Below are positions 8,772 to 17,098 of a stretch of DNA of 24,250 nucleotides, piece by piece; positions within the stretch are counted from its first letter, which is position 1, and each line of letters opens with the position of its first letter. A model generated the notes under the pieces. That model was not told the origin of the DNA and made no database searches. It was given only the letters and a program-made list of their open reading frames with translations. Location of the stretch: contig JAKQQL010000198.1 of NCBI GenBank assembly GCA_029564175.1, positions 1-24,250 on the forward strand. The letters run 5' to 3'. This stretch comes from Candidatus Cloacimonadota bacterium (GTDB lineage Bacteria > Cloacimonadota > Cloacimonadia > Cloacimonadales > WRIO01). Made by a program: the position numbers and the translations under genes.

Positions 8772-9571
8772 AAGCAAAAAGTCACTTTCTGACATTAATA
8801 CCCTTATATTTTATTATCTTTTTTTCTTTTTTCTGGATTATCATTTACAGTCATCATCTCGAAAATCAATATTATAAAAAACTGACAGATATGCCCATTC
8901 TGGTATATGCATACAACCAGGATCAGCTCAATGTACTAAAGGAGAATCTGGATAGTAATTCATCAATAATGAATACTCAAATCCAGACAAATGACAATCT
9001 CAAAAAAGGACTGATTGACAAATACAATCTGTCAAGTGATGAACTGATCCAAAGTGCCAGATTACCTCATTTGCTCATTATCCGTTTTAAAGGATCAGAG
9101 AAGCTGTCTTTCATAAAAATCCTTCAACAGATTCGCACGAATTACCCTGATTTTCTTCTCGATTACAATGTTAAAGGAGTCGATGAGCTGTTTGACAGTC
9201 TAAATCAGTTTAAATTGCTAAGATCACGCTTAATTTATATTATGCTATTAATGGTTCTTCTGATTATGTTTTATTCCAGATCTTTCTATGAGATGGCAAA
9301 TATGGATTACTGGCGAGTTTATATTCGCGCCGGAGGAGACATCTCTAAAAGGCATAAATCTTTCACGGTTAATTCATTGATACTTTATATTTCTGGCACA
9401 CTATTAAGTTTATCTGTTGCGCTTTATGCCAGTAATCAGCTTTCCTGGCAGGAAAGCCCAATCATGGAGCTGACTGCTTATATGCTGAAAAACCCTTTGA
9501 TTCTACTGGTTTTATCTTTGCCGATTGTGGCTGATGTATTGTGTTTTATTTATTTAAGAAGGAAAATATGA
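8768..9571 (+). CDS. Membrane protein, FtsX-like topology
   Basis: N-terminal TM, a soluble domain containing RLPHLLIIR, then three TMs with a RAGG linker; follows the ABC ATPase gene. Confidence 0.55.
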   Translation: MKAKSHFLTLIPLYFIIFFSFFWIIIYSHHLENQYYKKLTDMPILVYAYNQDQLNVLKENLDSNSSIMNTQIQTNDNLKKGLIDKYNLSSDELIQSARLPHLLIIRFKGSEKLSFIKILQQIRTNYPDFLLDYNVKGVDELFDSLNQFKLLRSRLIYIMLLMVLLIMFYSRSFYEMANMDYWRVYIRAGGDISKRHKSFTVNSLILYISGTLLSLSVALYASNQLSWQESPIMELTAYMLKNPLILLVLSLPIVADVLCFIYLRRKI

Positions 9572-10125
9572 TACGGTATTTACCAAATATTTTAACCATT
9601 CTGCGTCTTATCGCAGTACCAGTTTTTGTTTTGATGATGTATTATAATCCATTTATCGCAATGTGGATTTTTATTGGTGCGAGTATTACTGACTATTATG
9701 ATGGCTATATTGCCCGCAAATACAACGTCATTTCTAATTTCGGTAAACTAATGGATCCACTTGCAGATAAAATCCTGGTTCTATCTGCAATGGTGCTACT
9801 TTGTATTTCACCAATTCGTTATATTCACTGGTCTATTGTTGTAATTGTTGCACTCAGAGAACTTGCGGTAACACTCCTCAGAGATTATTATCGTTCTAAA
9901 AATATCATCATAGCGGCTAATATATGGGGTAAGCTAAAAACTGTCTTACAAATGGTTGGTATTATCAGTGCGCTTCTATACTATTCTTATGGGATTGTTA
10001 TCCCATACAAATTCCCTTCAACAGTTAATTATGCGATTTTACTATCAATTAAAGTATTCTTCTGGATTATCGCTTTAATTACAATTCTCTCAGGCATGAA
10101 CTATTTTATCATTAAAAAGAAATAA
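9568..10125 (+). CDS. pgsA: CDP-diacylglycerol--glycerol-3-phosphate 3-phosphatidyltransferase
   Basis: LPNILTILR, TDYYDGYIARK...FGKLMDPLADK, RE, GKLKTVLQ. Start at ATG 9568 (ATGA overlap, AGGA SD). Confidence 0.95.
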   Translation: MIRYLPNILTILRLIAVPVFVLMMYYNPFIAMWIFIGASITDYYDGYIARKYNVISNFGKLMDPLADKILVLSAMVLLCISPIRYIHWSIVVIVALRELAVTLLRDYYRSKNIIIAANIWGKLKTVLQMVGIISALLYYSYGIVIPYKFPSTVNYAILLSIKVFFWIIALITILSGMNYFIIKKK

Positions 10126-11234
10126 TGAGGTTTTTTATGAAAAAATATCTGATTTACTGTATGCTGGCAAGTCTCTTTCTTTGCACATTCCTTTCGTGTA
10201 CAAAACAAGAGAATAAATCTGGTATTTCAAAAAAAACAAATAAACAAAATGATACGAATGCTTATGATCCCAGCAAGCCTATGTCATGGGGTCAGGATCA
10301 GGTGATCTATGTCTTTGCTGATCCTGAAATATGGAAAGAAGCTGAATATTATATTCGTTACTCTCTTGAACGCGCTTTTTATACGGTTGAAAATGAAAAA
10401 CTCTTTGAAGTCAGATTAGGAGATGTTAAGGCACTTGATCAGTTCTATAAGTATAAGAATCTCTTATTTTTATGTGATTTAAGTACAAATGAACCTGTCG
10501 CCCAATCGGTAAAAAAAATGATGAATAATGATATGAAAAGCTATGTCGAAAAGAATGGTAAAGGACTCTTTGCTAAACACAACTTCTGGGCTAATCACCA
10601 GTTTGTAGTCTTTATGATTGGCAATCACAAAGAGAATTTACTTGAATATAATAAGGAACAAAGTAATGAAGTATTTTATCATTTCAGACAAAAATTTGTA
10701 CAAAGAATTGCATATAAAAACAGTCAGTTAAAGCCTGTCTCTGACAAATTGTTTAAAGAATTTCCATTTACGATTAAAGTACCTGATAATTATGTCCTTT
10801 TTAAATCAGATCCGAAAAATGGTTTTATCTCATTTATCTGGCGTTCCAGAGAAGATCAAAAACTCAATCCGGATAAATACATCTCAGTTTATTACGAGAA
10901 AATTCCAGGTAAAACGACAAAAGTAATTGAACAGGAGTGGGTTAAAAATACCCGTAAAAAGATTGCCTGGAACTACTATGATGAAGATGAAATGCTTGAC
11001 CAGGAAGTCCAATACGGACTGTTTAAGTTTCTGGATTATCCGACCTGGTATATGTCTGGACGCTGGCAAAACAACAAATACTTTATTGGTGGCACATTCC
11101 AATCAATGGGTTTCTATGATGAAAAGTCAAAAACTGCTTATCTGATAGATACATCCGTCTATTTCCCTCAAGGAAAAAAACTAAAATTCTTAATGGAACT
11201 TGAAAGTATTGCGCATACTTTCCAGATTAAATAA
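10125..11234 (+). CDS. Lipoprotein, DUF4837-like
   Basis: Signal peptide with lipobox FLSC; WANHQ, GRW, GGTF and YFPQGKKLKFLMELESIAHTF resemble DUF4837. The start may be ATG 10137. Confidence 0.65.
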   Translation: MRFFMKKYLIYCMLASLFLCTFLSCTKQENKSGISKKTNKQNDTNAYDPSKPMSWGQDQVIYVFADPEIWKEAEYYIRYSLERAFYTVENEKLFEVRLGDVKALDQFYKYKNLLFLCDLSTNEPVAQSVKKMMNNDMKSYVEKNGKGLFAKHNFWANHQFVVFMIGNHKENLLEYNKEQSNEVFYHFRQKFVQRIAYKNSQLKPVSDKLFKEFPFTIKVPDNYVLFKSDPKNGFISFIWRSREDQKLNPDKYISVYYEKIPGKTTKVIEQEWVKNTRKKIAWNYYDEDEMLDQEVQYGLFKFLDYPTWYMSGRWQNNKYFIGGTFQSMGFYDEKSKTAYLIDTSVYFPQGKKLKFLMELESIAHTFQIK

Positions 11235-11245
11235 AAGGAGAAAAC

Positions 11246-12415
11246 ATGAAAAAATCAGCCATTATCATGCTCTTTATTTTATCAGTTATCTTCAACTCTT
11301 TGATTCTGTATGTTTATCATATTCAGTATCAAAAAGAAAATGCCATTAGTAATCTGAACAGCAAAGATCCATTCAGAAAAGCATCAACTCAACGCGTTCA
11401 GGCTAATGAAGAATTGACCATGAATCGAAGAAATTCGATAACAGAAGCCGTTTCTTTGATAGAACCAGCTGTTGTATCTGTCAATGTTATAAAAACTCAG
11501 GTTGTCCGTAGTAATCCATTCTTTGATGATTTCTTTTCTGACTTCTTTGGAGGTCAAATGCAAAGACAGGTTCAGAGTATTGGTTCAGGAGTAATTTTCT
11601 CTGAAGATGGTTATCTGATAACTAATGCACATGTGGTAGAAGGAGCCACTCAGATTAAGATTGTCTTGAGTGATGGACGTGAAATTGATGGTAAACTGAT
11701 TGGTATTGACAGTGTTCATGATATTGCTATCGTAAAGTGTTCAGGGAAAGATCTCCCAGTAGCAAAGATCGGAAATTCTAATGACTTAATCATGGGAGAA
11801 TGGGTAATCGCAGTGGGGAATCCATACGGTTTTCTCATGAAGGATAGTAAGCCATCAGTATCTGTTGGGGTAATATCTGCTATCAATCGGAATTTTGTTC
11901 AGAAGAACGATGGAAAAGTTTACAAAGGAATGATTCAGACTGATGCAGCAATTAATCCTGGAAACAGTGGAGGTCCCTTAGTAAACATCAATGGAGAAGT
12001 CATAGGAATCAATTCATTTATCCTCTCAGAATCTGGTGGAAGCGTTGGCATTGGTTTTGCTATACCAATTGACAGAGTAAAAAAAATAGCAGAAGAATTG
12101 ATTCAATATGGACAAACAAGAGAGCCCTATTTCGGTTTTAAAGTACAGGATCTGACGCCAATGATAGTTTCATATCTCAATTTAAAAAGTTTGGATGGTG
12201 TCATCGTAACAGCAGTAGATAGAATAGGACCAGCTAAAAAAGCCGGTTTAACAAAAGGAGACGTTATTTATAGCATTAATGACGTTCAGATAAAAAATAC
12301 GAATGATGCCGAACTCGCCGTGTCAGATATTGCACCTGGAGAAAAAGTAAGAATGGCTGTTATCCGTGAATCTAAAAAAATGATACTTGAGCTTAAAGCG
12401 GAAGAATACAGATAG
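11246..12415 (+). CDS. htrA: HtrA/DegP-family serine protease with one PDZ domain
   Basis: GSGVIF, TNAHVV, DIA, AVGNPYG, IQTDAAINPGNSGGPL, GIGFAIP, C-terminal PDZ (AKKAGLTKGDVI); N-terminal anchor. Confidence 0.93.
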   Translation: MKKSAIIMLFILSVIFNSLILYVYHIQYQKENAISNLNSKDPFRKASTQRVQANEELTMNRRNSITEAVSLIEPAVVSVNVIKTQVVRSNPFFDDFFSDFFGGQMQRQVQSIGSGVIFSEDGYLITNAHVVEGATQIKIVLSDGREIDGKLIGIDSVHDIAIVKCSGKDLPVAKIGNSNDLIMGEWVIAVGNPYGFLMKDSKPSVSVGVISAINRNFVQKNDGKVYKGMIQTDAAINPGNSGGPLVNINGEVIGINSFILSESGGSVGIGFAIPIDRVKKIAEELIQYGQTREPYFGFKVQDLTPMIVSYLNLKSLDGVIVTAVDRIGPAKKAGLTKGDVIYSINDVQIKNTNDAELAVSDIAPGEKVRMAVIRESKKMILELKAEEYR

Positions 12416-12429
12416 CTGTAAAGTTAGCT

Positions 12430-12594
12430 ACTGGCTTGCGATTGAATCTGTTTTAAGACAAGCAGGTTGCTTGACCAACGACTGGCTTGCGATTGAATCT
12501 GTTTTGAGACAAGCAGGTTGCATGACCAACGACTGGCTTGCGATTGAATCTGTTTTGAGACAAGCAGGTTGCTTGCCCTACGACTGGCTTGCGA
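12430..12594. repeat. Tandem 51-bp repeat (3 copies plus a partial fourth), each carrying a REP-like hairpin
   Basis: Unit ACTGGCTTGCGATTGAATCTGTTTTRAGACAAGCAGGTTGCWTGMCCWACG starts at 12430, 12481 and 12532; partial copy at 12583. Internal CAAGC-AGGTT-GCTTG hairpin. Confidence 0.93.
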
Positions 12595-12653
12595 AGATTA
12601 AGCCATAAGCAAGATGTTGGTAGAATAGAAAACAAATTGGAGAAAGGAGCCAC

Positions 12654-14768
12654 ATGGCACAAGAAAGAAGTTCATTACTCATCACCTTAGGTAAACGAAG
12701 TGATATCGCAATCGGTATCGGGGTTATACTAATATTAACCGTATTGCTGTTTCCTCTTCCTTCCTTTATCATAGACTTCTTTCTGGCAATAAATTTCATG
12801 TTGGCTTTTGTCATATTGCTCTCTCCTTTATATCTTTTAAGACCTGTAGAATTTTCAGTATATCCGGGTTTATTGTTAATTGTTACCTTATTCAGGCTTG
12901 CGTTAAATGTAGCAACGACTCGTGCTATTCTTTCATCGGGAGCACCTGGTCAGATTATTGAAGTATTTGGCAGCTTTATGATCAGAGGCAACTATACAGT
13001 TGGTATTATAGTTTTTATCATCCTTTTTATTATTAATTTCATGGTCATTATCAAAGGTTCTGGACGTGTAGCTGAAGTCTCAGCACGTTTTACATTAGAT
13101 GCCTTGCCAGGGCGCCAGATGGCTATTGATGCTGACTTAAATAATGGGGTCATTACGGATGCAGAGGCACGTCAGAGACGTGATGATGTCAGAAGAGAAG
13201 CTGATTTTTATGGATCTATGGATGGTGCCAGCAAGTTTGTCAGTGGCGATGCGCAAGCTGGTATTCTGATTACATTTATCAATTTGATTGGTGGCATTAT
13301 AATCGGTATGGTTCAGCGAAAAATGGGCTTACTGGAAGCGATGGACAGATACACCATTTTAACGATTGGTGACGGACTTGTTTCTCAGATACCAGGTCTG
13401 CTGATTTCAGTTTCAGCCGGTATCATCGTAACCCGTGCAGGTACAAAAGAAAATTTGGGTACAGAAGTATTGACTCAGCTCTTTAGAGAACCAAAAGTAC
13501 TTTATGTAACAGCAACAGTACTCTTTTTATTTGGACTGGCACCAGGTATGCCTATCTATATTTTTATGCCTTTAGGCGTTGCTCTAGGCTACTTTGGCTA
13601 TCGTATCTCAAAGTCTGAAATGATTACTATCGAATCAGATGAAGAAATTGCTTTAAGAGAAAGAAAAGAACTTGAAGAAAAAGAAGCACAAAAAGCCATG
13701 TCTCAATCTCCAGAAGAAAAAGCCAAAGAAATCGCTTCCTATCTGCAGGTAGATCCGCTCGAACTGGAAATTGGCTATAGCTTAATCAGCCTTGTTGATG
13801 AGAATCAAAAAGGTGATCTGCTGGAACGTGTAGCCAGTCTCAGAAAGCAACTGGCAATAGAAATCGGAATGCTGGTTCCTCCCATTCGCATTCGTGATAA
13901 TATCTCATTAGTTCCAAACAATTATGTGGTAAAAGTCAGAGGGGAAGAAATTGCAACGGGAGAATGTTTGGTAAACCATCTGCTTGCCCTCAATCCTGGA
14001 ACAGTTGAAAAACCCATCAAAGGAATTCAAACAACTGAGCCTGCTTTTGGATTGCCGGCTTTATGGATTTCTGAAGATAAAAAAGATATTGCTGAAATGC
14101 ATGGATACACTGTTATTGAACCTTCAGCTATGATAGCGACTCATTTATCTGAGTTGATTAAATCCAATGCGGATATGATTATTACCCGCCAGGACGTTCA
14201 AAAATTACTTGATAATGTCAAAAAAGAGAACGAAGCTGTTGTAACTGAAATTGTACCGAATCTCCTTTCTGTAGGCAATATTGAAAAAGTCTTGAAAAGT
14301 CTTTTACATGAAGGTGTTCCTATCAGAGATATGGTTACAATACTGGAAACACTTGCAGACTATGCCCCTGCTACACGTGATGTTGAGACACTGACAGAAT
14401 ATGTCAGATATGCTTTATCCAGAACTATCTCCAAAAAGTATATTGCCGGAGATGGTATTGTCTATGGCATTACACTTGGAGCAGATCTGGAACAGGCAAT
14501 CACAGATGTCGTGCATCAGATAAAACAAAAAAACTACCATGCATCTCTTCAACCGGCAATTGTCTCACAGCTTTATGCAGACTTAAAAGAAGCTCTCGCT
14601 CAAATGTCAAAGAGTGGTTTTAGCCCTGTTATTATTGTAACACCAACAATCCGCGCATATCTCAAACGACTGATAGAACCAGCAATTCCATCTCTTCAGG
14701 TTCTATCCTATAATGAGATACCCACTCAGATTCCAATTCAATCCTTTTTAAATGTCAGTATTCACTAA
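12654..14768 (+). CDS. flhA: Flagellar export gate protein FlhA (FHIPEP/SctV family)
   Basis: LFRLALNVATTR, GRVAEVSARFTLDALPGRQMAIDADLN, DFYGSMDGASKFVSGDA, IGDGLVSQIP, DPLELEIGYSL, IRIRDN, EPAFGLPALWI, VLSYNEIP; SD AAGGAG. Confidence 0.95.
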   Translation: MAQERSSLLITLGKRSDIAIGIGVILILTVLLFPLPSFIIDFFLAINFMLAFVILLSPLYLLRPVEFSVYPGLLLIVTLFRLALNVATTRAILSSGAPGQIIEVFGSFMIRGNYTVGIIVFIILFIINFMVIIKGSGRVAEVSARFTLDALPGRQMAIDADLNNGVITDAEARQRRDDVRREADFYGSMDGASKFVSGDAQAGILITFINLIGGIIIGMVQRKMGLLEAMDRYTILTIGDGLVSQIPGLLISVSAGIIVTRAGTKENLGTEVLTQLFREPKVLYVTATVLFLFGLAPGMPIYIFMPLGVALGYFGYRISKSEMITIESDEEIALRERKELEEKEAQKAMSQSPEEKAKEIASYLQVDPLELEIGYSLISLVDENQKGDLLERVASLRKQLAIEIGMLVPPIRIRDNISLVPNNYVVKVRGEEIATGECLVNHLLALNPGTVEKPIKGIQTTEPAFGLPALWISEDKKDIAEMHGYTVIEPSAMIATHLSELIKSNADMIITRQDVQKLLDNVKKENEAVVTEIVPNLLSVGNIEKVLKSLLHEGVPIRDMVTILETLADYAPATRDVETLTEYVRYALSRTISKKYIAGDGIVYGITLGADLEQAITDVVHQIKQKNYHASLQPAIVSQLYADLKEALAQMSKSGFSPVIIVTPTIRAYLKRLIEPAIPSLQVLSYNEIPTQIPIQSFLNVSIH

Positions 14769-14786
14769 AATTTATAAAAACTATAT

Positions 14787-14819
14787 AAGCGGTATTCCTA
14801 TGAATACCGCTTTTTTTTT
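14787..14819. terminator. Terminator between convergent flhA and hydG
   Basis: AAGCGGTATTC-CTAT-GAATACCGCTT followed by a T-run. Confidence 0.85.
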
Positions 14820-14830
14820 GTTTGTAAAAC

Positions 14831-16249
14831 TTAAAATCTGAAATCTCTTTTTCCTTCATGAATTTCATCAAGACGGTTAATCGTGATTCCTTTTACTTTA
14901 TCACTCAGAATATGATTGATTTCTTCCTGAATCACTTTTTCACCAAGCGCTTTTGTCTCTGGAGAAGCATAATCTTCCAAAAATTCCTTAAGTGTCATCA
15001 ACGCATTTGGTTGACAGCAATTAGCGATCTGACCAGATTTTACCAAACTCATAAAGCGGTCTCCAGTACGACCTTCTCTGTAACATGCTGTACAGAAACT
15101 GGGTATAAAACCCAAAGAAAGCAGCCAGTTTACGATCTGATCAAGCGTTCGTTTGTCACTGATTTCAAATTGTCTTGAGTCTTCTTCTTCTGATTCATGT
15201 TCAGAATAGCCCCCTACACTCGTTGATGAACCGCCACTAATCTGACTGATCCCCAGTTCAAGCACTTTTGCTCTGGATTCAATTGATTCACGTGTTGAAA
15301 TGATCATGCCTGTATAAGGGACGGCTATTCTTAAAACAGTCACGATTTTTTCAAAGATCTCGTCAGAAATAGAATTTTTAAATTCATCAATATCGATATC
15401 ATCCGCCGGCCTGATTCTTGGAACGCTTATTGTATGAGGACCTACGCCAAAAACCGCCTCCAGATGTTCAGCGTGCATGAGCATCCCTACAAAATCGTAA
15501 CGATACAGATTCAATCCAAACAAGACGCCAATACCCACATCATCAATACCGGCTTCCATAGCCCGATCCATCGCTTCGGCATGATAATCATAATTATGTT
15601 TTGGTCCGGTCGGATGAAGCTGTTCATAGTTTTCACGATGATAGGTTTCCTGGAATAAAATATAGGTGCCTATGCCGGCATCTTTGAGTTTTTTATAATT
15701 TTCAACTGTAGTTGCAGCAATATTGACATTCACACGGCGGATTTCTCCATTTTTATGTTTAATAGAGTAGATGGTTTTAATACTGTCAAGAATGTATTCA
15801 ATTGGGCTGTTTACAGGGTCTTCACCCGCTTCCAGCGCAAGTCGTTTATGACCCATATCCTGCAATGCAATCACTTCTCTGGCAATATCTTCCTGAGATA
15901 ATTTTTTTCTGGCAATCGTCTTGTTTTTTAAATGATAGGGACAATATACACAACCATTGATACAGTAATTGGATAAATACAATGGCGCAAACATAACAAT
16001 TCTATTTCCATAAAACTTTTGTTTGATTTCCTTTGCAAGAGATTTCATTCTCTCATTTTCTTCTTCCAGCTCACATTCCAGTAAAACCGCTGCTTCCCGA
16101 TGACTAATCCCTTTAAATTCTGATGCTTTTAGTAATATACTATCAATCAGTTCTTTGTTTTTTGAATTAGCTTTGGCATATTCCAGCGTATCCAGAATCT
16201 CCTGATGATCGATAAATTCAACTGCCTTTTTAGATTTTGCGTTGTACAT
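14831..16249 (-). CDS. hydG: [FeFe]-hydrogenase H-cluster radical SAM maturase HydG
   Basis: FAPLYLSNYCINGCVYC (CxxxCxxC), LFQETYH, GPHTISVPR, and C-terminal SFCTACYR...CCQPNA cluster motif that separates HydG from ThiH. Start MYNAK at 16249 (alternative 16258). Confidence 0.95.
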   Translation of the reverse strand: MYNAKSKKAVEFIDHQEILDTLEYAKANSKNKELIDSILLKASEFKGISHREAAVLLECELEEENERMKSLAKEIKQKFYGNRIVMFAPLYLSNYCINGCVYCPYHLKNKTIARKKLSQEDIAREVIALQDMGHKRLALEAGEDPVNSPIEYILDSIKTIYSIKHKNGEIRRVNVNIAATTVENYKKLKDAGIGTYILFQETYHRENYEQLHPTGPKHNYDYHAEAMDRAMEAGIDDVGIGVLFGLNLYRYDFVGMLMHAEHLEAVFGVGPHTISVPRIRPADDIDIDEFKNSISDEIFEKIVTVLRIAVPYTGMIISTRESIESRAKVLELGISQISGGSSTSVGGYSEHESEEEDSRQFEISDKRTLDQIVNWLLSLGFIPSFCTACYREGRTGDRFMSLVKSGQIANCCQPNALMTLKEFLEDYASPETKALGEKVIQEEINHILSDKVKGITINRLDEIHEGKRDFRF

Positions 16250-16261
16250 AATCTCCATCCT

Positions 16262-16525
16262 TTATTTTTCATTTTGATTTGTTACTTTTGAATAAACCGT
16301 CTTGGTATTGACAAAGGGGATCATCCCCAGCTTACCAGACATTGCACTGATAATCTCATTTGAGGCGTCAACAATCACACTAATCACAGAGATTTGTTTC
16401 TTATGATAGGGGATTCCCATTCTGCCAACAATATATTCAGAATACTCGTGTAAAACCTGATTGATTTTCTCTGATGATTCTTTATTTTCTACAATGATAC
16501 CGATGAGTGCGATTCGCGTTTCCAT
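16262..16525 (-). CDS. TM1266-family iron-only hydrogenase system putative regulator
   Basis: METRIALIGIIVEN...INQVLHEYSEYIVGRMGIPY...ISAMSGKLG; GGAGG SD; directly upstream of hydG. Confidence 0.9.
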   Translation of the reverse strand: METRIALIGIIVENKESSEKINQVLHEYSEYIVGRMGIPYHKKQISVISVIVDASNEIISAMSGKLGMIPFVNTKTVYSKVTNQNEK

Positions 16526-16537
16526 ATTCCTCCAAAT

Positions 16538-16567
16538 AAAAAAACCTGTACTGAAAGCGCAGGTTTT
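16538..16567 (-). terminator. Intrinsic terminator within the 5' leader of TM1266-hydG (attenuator)
   Basis: Minus strand AAAACCUGCGC-UUUCA-GUACAGGUUUUUUU, ending 4 nt before the GGAGG SD. Confidence 0.75.
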
Positions 16568-16687
16568 ATATTTATCACACAGAATATGCTATTTTACCTG
16601 TTCGCCTTCTGGATTGGTAAACCCTCTCCGTTCAGTACGTAACACATTATTTTATGCTTTCAGGTCCGATGCCATTCCTTAAGCATT
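16538..16687 (-). ncRNA. Candidate cis-regulatory leader RNA (riboswitch-like), class unassigned
   Basis: About 160-nt leader between a predicted promoter and the start codon, with a 9-bp closing helix, GGAGAG / GAAGGCGAA / CAGGUAAAA elements, a terminator, and two 8-nt segments complementary to that terminator. Confidence 0.5.
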
Positions 16688-16693
16688 AAAGAC

Positions 16694-16722
16694 AAGATAT
16701 TTTGATTGAATCATTTTGGCAA
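16694..16722 (-). promoter_or_regulatory. Sigma70-type promoter for TM1266-hydG
   Basis: Minus strand TTGCCA(16722-16717)-N17-TATCTT(16699-16694). Confidence 0.55.
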
Positions 16723-16741
16723 GAATAATCTTATTTTTTTC

Positions 16742-16770
16742 TTGACAATGCCATTTTTTTAGTCTATTTT
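16742..16770 (+). promoter_or_regulatory. Sigma70-type promoter for the divergent small gene
   Basis: TTGACA(16742-16747)-N17-TATTTT(16765-16770); SD TAAGGAG before ATG 16797. Confidence 0.6.
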
Positions 16771-16796
16771 TGTAAAAAAATAATAAGGAGTTTATC

Positions 16797-17051
16797 ATGA
16801 TCCCAAGAATAATGGCAATTACCATTAAAAAAAGAAATGAAGAAGCACTTGAGGTTCAAAAAATTCTCACTGAATATGGATGTTCCATTCAAACAAGATT
16901 GGGTTTACATGAAACTTATGAAGGTTGTTCCAATATGGGTGTCATTTTATTACAACTCAGATGTGATGGTAATACCTGTGAAGAACTTGCTTCAAAATTG
17001 AGTGCTATTGAAGGTGTAGCTGTCAACCACATGGAATTAAAAATTTCATAA
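16797..17051 (+). CDS. Small ACT/NikR-C-like protein related to the TM1266 family
   Basis: RIMAITI...VQKILTEYGCSIQTRLGLHE...GVILLQL...LASKLSAIEGV aligns by eye with the neighbouring TM1266 protein; strong SD. Confidence 0.75.
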   Translation: MIPRIMAITIKKRNEEALEVQKILTEYGCSIQTRLGLHETYEGCSNMGVILLQLRCDGNTCEELASKLSAIEGVAVNHMELKIS

Positions 17052-17062
17052 TAATCGTCATT

Positions 17063-17098
17063 AAACATAAAAACCCGGATAACCGGGTTTTTATGTTT
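17063..17098. terminator. Bidirectional terminator
   Basis: AAACATAAAAACCCGG-ATAA-CCGGGTTTTTATGTTT, a perfect 16-bp inverted repeat between convergent genes. Confidence 0.88.

Noticed and set aside
12430..12594. CRISPR array
   Set aside because: The units are near-identical along their whole 51 bp with no unique spacers, so this is a tandem repeat.
12387..12814. Short ORFs 12387..12608, 12453..12662 and 12578..12814
   Set aside because: They arise from the stop-free 51-bp (17-codon) repeat or lie antisense to flhA, and they overlap real genes.
14831..16249. thiH annotation
   Set aside because: The C-terminal CxxC...C extension, the length, and the adjacent TM1266 gene indicate HydG.
16538..16687. 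T-box, TPP, SAM-I or canonical glycine riboswitch call for the hydG leader
   Set aside because: It lacks the UGGNACC T-box bulge (reads GGGUUUACC), the TPP CUGAGA/ACCUGAU core, the SAM-I AUC...GAU core, and the glycine CUCUCAGG pocket; kept as an unassigned candidate.
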